DNA of 63,608 bases, the filler included. It is 4 parts of 4 records of this genome, joined end to end, with 100 filler letters (N's around TTAATTAATTAA, not from the genome) between each part and the next. Parts side by side here need not be neighbours in the genome. Positions count along the whole stretch, not along the records: positions 58,076 to 63,608 come from SRR31156797_15849; 3 more parts are not named here. One strand, 5' to 3'. The first letter of the stretch is position 1, and each line of letters begins with the position of its first letter. Of the stretch, positions 58,077 through 63,608 are shown in pieces. The notes under the pieces are model-generated. The model did no database searches. It was not told the origin of the DNA and worked only from the letters and a program-made list of their open reading frames with translations. Made by a program: the position numbers and the translations under genes.

Positions 58077-58346
58077 GAGATTGAGGGGCTTCAACCCGAT
58101 ATCACAAACTTCGAGCCCAGGATGGCACTCGATGGAAGTGGCGATGGACTTGCCTGTCTGAACCGGATCATTTCGTCGGGGTGTCATCACCTTGCTCCCG
58201 GAGGCGTTCTTGCCCTGGAAATGGGGTGGGATCAGGCAAAAGACGTCACCGCTATCGCTTCAGCTGTCGGACGTTACAATCCCGTCAAGATTCTGAAAGA
58301 CTATAGCGGGCGCGATCGGATAGCGGTTTTATCCATTCGGTCCTAG
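58077..58346 (+). CDS. prmC: Release factor glutamine methyltransferase, 3' fragment
   Basis: In-frame EIEGLQPDITNFEPRMALDGSGDGL...LAPGGVLALEMGWDQ...KDYSGRDR. Confidence 0.85.
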   Translation, partial: EIEGLQPDITNFEPRMALDGSGDGLACLNRIISSGCHHLAPGGVLALEMGWDQAKDVTAIASAVGRYNPVKILKDYSGRDRIAVLSIRS

Positions 58347-58417
58347 CGGATTGGCCTGATTTTTTTTCATAAAATCCTTGCACCGCCCCAAAAATTTTGT
58401 TAAGCAAACTCGTTTCT

Positions 58418-58500
58418 AAACCGCACGTCCGTGGACCTGATCCCGGTGCTTTCCTTGGAGAGTCGGATTCGGGAGTGAAGCGGACGGAGGAAAAAAACCA
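58418..58500 (+). ncRNA. rpsB leader RNA (t44-like S2 autoregulatory element)
   Basis: CCGCACGTCCG...CCCGGTGCTTTCC-TT-GGAGAGTCGG...GGGA...CGGACGGAGGAAAAAAACC directly upstream of rpsB, matching the architecture of the rpsB leader. Confidence 0.7.
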
Positions 58501-58517
58501 ACGAAAAGGAGAATGAA

Positions 58518-59429
58518 ATGGCTTACGTTACAATGAAGGAAATGCTGGAAGCCGGTGTTCATTTCGGGCACCAGACCAAACGCTGGAATCCCAAAATGAA
58601 ACCATACATTTTTGGGGCCAGAAACGGCATCTACATCATCGATCTTCAAAAGACGGTGAGAATGTTCCGGGATGCATACGATTTTATTGCCGACACGGTG
58701 GCGTCTGGAAAATCGGTCCTCTTCGTGGGGACGAAAAAGCAGGCGCGTGAATCCCTTTATGAAGAGGCCAACCGTGCAGAGCAGTTTTACGTTCACAATC
58801 GGTGGTTGGGAGGTATGCTGACCAATTTTCAAACCATCAAGAAAAGCATCGACCGGCTCAACTATCTCAATACGATTGAAAACGACGGATCCATCAACCT
58901 TTTTCCCAAAAAAGAGCGTCTGAAACTGGGCAAAGAGAGGGCGAAACTGGACAGTACGCTCGGTGGTATCCGGTCCATGACCAAACTGCCCGGTGCCATA
59001 TTTATCGTTGATCCGAAAAATGAGGCCATTGCCGTTCGTGAAGGTCGTCGACTCGGGATTCCCATTGTGGCTATCGTAGACACCAATTGTGATCCCGATG
59101 AAATCGATCATGCGATTCCTGGAAATGACGATGCCATTCGTGCCATTCGATTGATCGCTTCGAAAATGGCAGATGCCTGTGTCGAAGGGAAGGACAGATA
59201 CAAAGAACGCCAGCAGGCTGAAGCGGACAAGGGCGAAGAGGAGACGGAGCTGGAGCAGGCCTCTGCCGAACTCAAACCCGGTGAAAGGAAAGTCATTTCA
59301 GACGGCACCGACGGACCCGTGGTCGAGATCATCCGGAAAGGTGCTGCTGCAGCAGAAAATACAGAATCTACAGAAGAAGTGGTTGCTACGGAAGAATCTA
59401 CACCGGCAGCAGACCCCGCGGGAGAATAA
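58518..59429 (+). CDS. rpsB: 30S ribosomal protein S2
   Basis: '[23 protein letters not shown]', '[10 protein letters not shown]', 'DTNCDPD', '[10 protein letters not shown]'; acidic C-terminal tail. Confidence 0.99.
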   Translation: MAYVTMKEMLEAGVHFGHQTKRWNPKMKPYIFGARNGIYIIDLQKTVRMFRDAYDFIADTVASGKSVLFVGTKKQARESLYEEANRAEQFYVHNRWLGGMLTNFQTIKKSIDRLNYLNTIENDGSINLFPKKERLKLGKERAKLDSTLGGIRSMTKLPGAIFIVDPKNEAIAVREGRRLGIPIVAIVDTNCDPDEIDHAIPGNDDAIRAIRLIASKMADACVEGKDRYKERQQAEADKGEEETELEQASAELKPGERKVISDGTDGPVVEIIRKGAAAAENTESTEEVVATEESTPAADPAGE

Positions 59430-59434
59430 ATCAC

Positions 59435-60034
59435 ATGGCAGAGATTACTGCAAAAATGGTCAAAGAGCTCCGGGATAAATCCGGTGCCGGTATGATGGAT
59501 TGTAAAAAAGCCTTGGGTGAATGTGGCGGCGACCTTGAAAAGGCCGTCGACTTTTTGCGAAAGAAAGGGATCGCCACTGCCGCCAAACGTGCTGGCCGCG
59601 CCACATCCGAAGGTACGGTACAGTCCTATATTCACATGGGTGGCAAGATAGGTGTTCTCGTAGAGGTGAACTGTGAAACCGATTTTGTAGCGAAAACGGA
59701 TGACTTTCACGAGTTTGCCAAAAACATCGCCATGCACGTCGCTGCTACGAACCCGGTGGGTGTCGCCCAGGAAGATGTCCCCCAAGAGATGATTGACCGG
59801 GAGATGGCCGTCTACAAGGCGCAGGTTCTTGAAATGGGCAAACCTGAAAATATGGTCGAGAAAATTGCAGCTGGCAAATTGAACAAGTTCTTCAAGGAGA
59901 ACTGCCTGATGAACCAGCAATATGTGAAAGAACCGGACAAGACCATCGCTGACTATCTGAATGAGGTCATTGCAAGAACCGGTGAAAAGATTACCATCAA
60001 GCGATTTGCCAGATTCCAGATTGGAGCGGAATAA
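59435..60034 (+). CDS. tsf: Elongation factor Ts (short, 199 aa)
   Basis: '[19 protein letters not shown]', '[11 protein letters not shown]'. Confidence 0.98.
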   Translation: MAEITAKMVKELRDKSGAGMMDCKKALGECGGDLEKAVDFLRKKGIATAAKRAGRATSEGTVQSYIHMGGKIGVLVEVNCETDFVAKTDDFHEFAKNIAMHVAATNPVGVAQEDVPQEMIDREMAVYKAQVLEMGKPENMVEKIAAGKLNKFFKENCLMNQQYVKEPDKTIADYLNEVIARTGEKITIKRFARFQIGAE

Positions 60035-60036
60035 AC

Positions 60037-60750
60037 GTGGCGGCGAAGTATAAGCGGATCCTTCTCAAATTGAGTGGAGAAGCCCTGATGGGTGATCAGG
60101 GCTTCGGTATCTGCCCAAACATGCTCAGGTATGTGGCCGATGAGGTCATTTCCATTGTGGAAATGGACGTTCAACTCGCCATTGTGGTTGGCGGGGGAAA
60201 CATTTTTCGCGGTGTGGCCGCCAGCTCTTTCGGCATGGAGCGAACCTCGGCCGATCACATGGGCATGCTGGCTACCGTGTTAAATAGCCTTGCTTTACAG
60301 GGAGCCTTGGAAAAAAAAGGAGTTCAGACCCGCGTTCAGACAGCCATCTCCATGGATCAGGTTGCAGAGCCCTACATCCTTCGCCGCGCGCTTCGGCATT
60401 TGGAAAAAGGCCGTGTCGTCATCTTCGCAGCCGGATCGGGAAATCCTTATTTTACAACGGATACGGCAGCTGTGTTACGGGCAAAGGAAATTCATGCCGA
60501 GATCCTTCTCAAAGCCACAAAGGTCAACGGACTGTATGACTCCGATCCGGAGACCAATCCCGATGCCAGATTCATTGAAACCATTGGTTACATGCAGGTG
60601 CTGGAACGTCAGTTAAAAGTGATGGACATGACCGCGATCTCTTTGGCCATGGACAACGAACTGCCTCTGATGGTTTTCAATCTTAAAGAAGAGGGGAGCA
60701 TACAAAAGGTGGTTAGGGGGGAGACCGTGGGAACCACCATCGGCGGTTAG
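60037..60750 (+). CDS. pyrH: UMP kinase
   Basis: '[11 protein letters not shown]', 'VGGGNIFRG', '[11 protein letters not shown]', 'LKVMDMTA'. Confidence 0.98.
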   Translation: MAAKYKRILLKLSGEALMGDQGFGICPNMLRYVADEVISIVEMDVQLAIVVGGGNIFRGVAASSFGMERTSADHMGMLATVLNSLALQGALEKKGVQTRVQTAISMDQVAEPYILRRALRHLEKGRVVIFAAGSGNPYFTTDTAAVLRAKEIHAEILLKATKVNGLYDSDPETNPDARFIETIGYMQVLERQLKVMDMTAISLAMDNELPLMVFNLKEEGSIQKVVRGETVGTTIGG

Positions 60751-60815
60751 TCCCCGTACCCGTATCTTGTCCGCCGCGTCGACACCATCAATTCGTGCTT
60801 ACGAGGTGAACTACC

Positions 60816-61373
60816 ATGATCGAAGAGACACTGGAAGAAACCAAAGATCGCATGGGGAAAACCATTTCCGATCTTGAAAACGAACTCAAACGGGTCAGAA
60901 CCGGTCGGGCCTCCTTGTCCCTTCTGGATGGTATCCGTGTTGATTATTATGGTACGCAGACCCCATTGAACCAGATGGCATCGCTTTCTGTTCCCGAAAG
61001 TCGCTTGATTGTCATCCAGCCCTGGGACGTTTCCGCCATCAAGGAGATCGAAAAAGCCATCTTAAAATCGGATCTAGGATTGACACCGTCCAGCGACGGA
61101 AAACTGATTCGTATCTCCATACCTCCGCTGACCGAAGAAAGGCGCAAGGAACTGGTGAAAGTGGTCAGCAAAATGTGCGAGGAGCACAAGATCTCTGCGC
61201 GAAATATCCGTCGGGACTCCAACGAACTGCTCAAGGGCTTCAAAAAAGACGGTGACATCGCCGAAGATGACGCCTTTAAGGCCCAGGATAGCGTTCAAAA
61301 AATTACCGACACGTTTATTGCCAAAATCGACGAGATCTACAAAGAAAAAGAGAAAGAGATCCTTGAATTCTAG
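60816..61373 (+). CDS. frr: Ribosome recycling factor
   Basis: 'RTGRAS', 'VDYYG..TPLNQ', '[12 protein letters not shown]', 'RNIRR'. Confidence 0.98.
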   Translation: MIEETLEETKDRMGKTISDLENELKRVRTGRASLSLLDGIRVDYYGTQTPLNQMASLSVPESRLIVIQPWDVSAIKEIEKAILKSDLGLTPSSDGKLIRISIPPLTEERRKELVKVVSKMCEEHKISARNIRRDSNELLKGFKKDGDIAEDDAFKAQDSVQKITDTFIAKIDEIYKEKEKEILEF

Positions 61374-62109
61374 CTCATCCTCGAAAAATGGGATAGAACT
61401 CGATCCCGCGAGGACACCTCAACACGTTGCCATCATTATGGATGGCAACGGTCGCTGGGCGAAAAAACGTCTCCTTAACCGTATCAACGGACACGAAAAA
61501 GGAACCGATGTCGTACGGACGGTTGTGCAAACCGCACGTAACCTCAATATTCCCACGCTTACACTCTTTGCTTTTTCCACTGAAAACTGGCAACGGCCCA
61601 AAACGGAAGTTTCGGGGTTGATGCTACTGCTTCGACGGTTTTTGGCGTCGGAACGGCGGACCATGGTCGAAAACGGAATTCGCCTGAACACGATCGGCCA
61701 GTTCGATCGACTGCCCGATTCAGTGCGTGAACTGTTACAATCGGTCATGGATGAAACAGCCGGCAACGCGGACATGGTGTTGAATCTGGCTCTCAGTTAC
61801 GGGGCTCGTGCAGAGATCACCGAGATGACAAAAAAGCTGGCCACAGCCGCCAAAGAGGGCGCAATCGACCCCGCGGACATTACGAATGAGACGATTGCCG
61901 ATTATTTGTACACCAAAGGCATGCCGGACGTTGACCTCTTGATCAGAACCAGTGGGGAACTGCGGATCAGTAATTTCCTATTGTGGCAGATCGCTTACGC
62001 AGAATTATTCTTTACCGAGACCCTCTGGCCTGATTTCGGTGAAGAGGAGTTCTTAGCCATCATCAGGGAGTATCAGAATCGGGACCGTCGGTTTGGTGCT
62101 CTCCGTTAA
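61363..62109 (+). CDS. uppS: Undecaprenyl diphosphate synthase
   Basis: '[15 protein letters not shown]', '[10 protein letters not shown]', '[17 protein letters not shown]'. Start estimated at TTG 61363. Confidence 0.96.
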   Translation: MNSSSSSKNGIELDPARTPQHVAIIMDGNGRWAKKRLLNRINGHEKGTDVVRTVVQTARNLNIPTLTLFAFSTENWQRPKTEVSGLMLLLRRFLASERRTMVENGIRLNTIGQFDRLPDSVRELLQSVMDETAGNADMVLNLALSYGARAEITEMTKKLATAAKEGAIDPADITNETIADYLYTKGMPDVDLLIRTSGELRISNFLLWQIAYAELFFTETLWPDFGEEEFLAIIREYQNRDRRFGALR

Positions 62110-62157
62110 CTGTCTCGGCCCTGCAGTCAAAGATTCCATTTATAGCCAAGGAGCCTC

Positions 62158-62964
62158 ATGCATCGACAACGCTGGATTACCGGAATAATTGCCGTACCCA
62201 TCGTTTCCCTGCTGATTGCGGCGGGGGGGATCATTTTTTTCCTGTTGATTGCAGTTGCCAGTGTCCTGACCTTGTATGAATATTACAGGGCGGTTTTTCC
62301 CCAGGGCGAAGAGAACTCCCCGCGGGTGATCCCCGGCTTGGGGCTTCTTCTCTCGCCGTTGATTGTGTGGTCGGTCTACAGTGGGCAAACCATCTACGCC
62401 TGGTTGTTCGTCTCTGTCGATCTGATCCTTGTGGCTGGCCTGACCCTGCCGATTTTCAAAACGGATTCAACCGCGCCCCACCTGGTCGGCAAGCAGGTTC
62501 TCGGTCTGATTTATATTCCCGTTTCGCTATCGTTTCTGGTCCTTGTTCGGCTGGAGCCGCAAGGGGTTCAATGGATCTTCTGGATCCTCTGTATTGTTGC
62601 TGCCGGCGATATTGGCGCTTATTATACGGGATCCTATTTTGGGCGGCATAAGCTTTGCCCGTGGGTCAGTCCTAAAAAAACCATTGAGGGAAGTCTTGGG
62701 GGCCTTGCATCCAATGTTCTCATTGCGATCTTGTTTAAAGTATTCTTCTTGCCGGCCCTGTCGACGCTTCCCTGCATTGCTTTCGCCCTGGTGATCGGAG
62801 TGGCGGGGCAGGTCGGGGATCTTTTCGCCTCGGAGTTCAAAAGATCAGTGGGGATTAAGGACTCCGGAACATTGCTGCCCGGCCATGGCGGATTCCTCGA
62901 CCGGCTGGACGCGCTTCTTTTTGCTTCACCACTTGCCTATCTGCTAAAAGGTTCTATATTCTAA
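62158..62964 (+). CDS. cdsA: Phosphatidate cytidylyltransferase
   Basis: 'DIGAYY.G..FGRHKL.P.VSPKKTIEG', 'KDSG.LLPGHGG.LDRLD'. Confidence 0.97.
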   Translation: MHRQRWITGIIAVPIVSLLIAAGGIIFFLLIAVASVLTLYEYYRAVFPQGEENSPRVIPGLGLLLSPLIVWSVYSGQTIYAWLFVSVDLILVAGLTLPIFKTDSTAPHLVGKQVLGLIYIPVSLSFLVLVRLEPQGVQWIFWILCIVAAGDIGAYYTGSYFGRHKLCPWVSPKKTIEGSLGGLASNVLIAILFKVFFLPALSTLPCIAFALVIGVAGQVGDLFASEFKRSVGIKDSGTLLPGHGGFLDRLDALLFASPLAYLLKGSIF

Positions 62965-63000
62965 TTCGGTTGTTGTCGCTGATCAAACAAGCATATACTT

Positions 63001-63608
63001 ATGAAATCACTGACCATTTTAGGGTCGACCGGCTCCATCGGTTCCAATGCCCTTTCCATCGTTACCTCCTTTCCGGAACGGTTTACGATCAATGCCCTGA
63101 CGGCTTTTACCAATGTTGAAGCCCTCGCGCAGCAGGTCGTCACCTTCCATCCCAGGCTGGCAGCCGTTGCCGATGCCGCTCATGCCCAGCAGCTCAAGGC
63201 ACTGTTGCCTACCGGATTCAAGGTGAAAATTGTTTTCGGGGAGGAGGGGTTTGTCGAAGCCGCCACACTGGAAGGGACCGATTTGGTGCTGGGTGCCATG
63301 GTGGGTGCTGCAGGCTTGGTACCGACCCTCGCGGCAATCGATGCCGGCAAGGAGATCGCACTTGCCAACAAGGAGACATTGGTGATGGCCGGTGCCCTTG
63401 TCATGGAACGGGTCAGAAAGCGGGGGGTGAAACTCATGCCTGTCGATAGCGAGCACAGCGCTATTTTTCAGAGCATGGAAGGGAATTCCCACAACAAAAT
63501 CCATGAGATTCTGCTGACCGCATCCGGGGGCCCTTTTCGAAAGAGGCCGGCAGCAAGCTTTGACGGCATCACCCCCGAAGATGCACTGAATCACCCCAAT
63601 TGGTCCAT
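63001..63608 (+). CDS. dxr: 1-deoxy-D-xylulose-5-phosphate reductoisomerase, 3' truncated by window edge
   Basis: Manual translation: [14 protein letters not shown]...ALANKETLV...[11 protein letters not shown]...LTASGGPF...HPNW. Confidence 0.97.
   Translation, partial: MKSLTILGSTGSIGSNALSIVTSFPERFTINALTAFTNVEALAQQVVTFHPRLAAVADAAHAQQLKALLPTGFKVKIVFGEEGFVEAATLEGTDLVLGAMVGAAGLVPTLAAIDAGKEIALANKETLVMAGALVMERVRKRGVKLMPVDSEHSAIFQSMEGNSHNKIHEILLTASGGPFRKRPAASFDGITPEDALNHPNWS

Noticed and set aside
61363-63608. uppS and dxr as isoprenoid supply linked to the hopanoid genes
   Set aside because: Standard housekeeping synteny on a separate contig.

Overview
The window is not one continuous locus. It is four contigs joined by artificial 100-nt linkers (44 N + TTAATTAATTAA + 44 N) at 21260-21359, 51028-51127 and 57976-58075. 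Contig 1 (1-21259) looks Desulfobacterota-like. It carries a partial TolC, an orphan family-5 ABC binding protein behind a sigma54-type promoter, and a hopanoid operon (hpnO-hpnN-periplasmic binding protein-TPR lipoprotein-hpnH). It also has mscS, two tRNAs with an integration-site-like scar, rplM-rpsI-truA, amrS, a methyltransferase, an FAD oxidoreductase and a probable purF 3' end. Contig 2 (21360-51027) is more AT-rich. It holds a sigma54/two-component-controlled TRAP + gabT/gabD locus, a hybrid kinase, a deoxyribose-type catabolic locus (FGGY kinase, deoR, deoC, sugar ABC, deoM-like, deoK-like), LysE and an MlaEFD/PqiC-type operon. Contig 3 (51128-57975) is strongly AT-rich and Bacteroidota-like: an anti-sigma-like fragment, DUF4252, a beta-propeller hybrid kinase, a membrane protein and a lipoprotein fragment. 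Contig 4 (58076-63608) is the housekeeping block prmC'-rpsB-tsf-pyrH-frr-uppS-cdsA-dxr'. The best candidate for a new system is the hopanoid operon: HpnN is followed by a PhnD-like binding protein and a TPR/T-component-like lipoprotein, the architecture of the sterol transporter BstABC, but here among hopanoid genes. All family assignments are by eye from motifs; no database searches were run.
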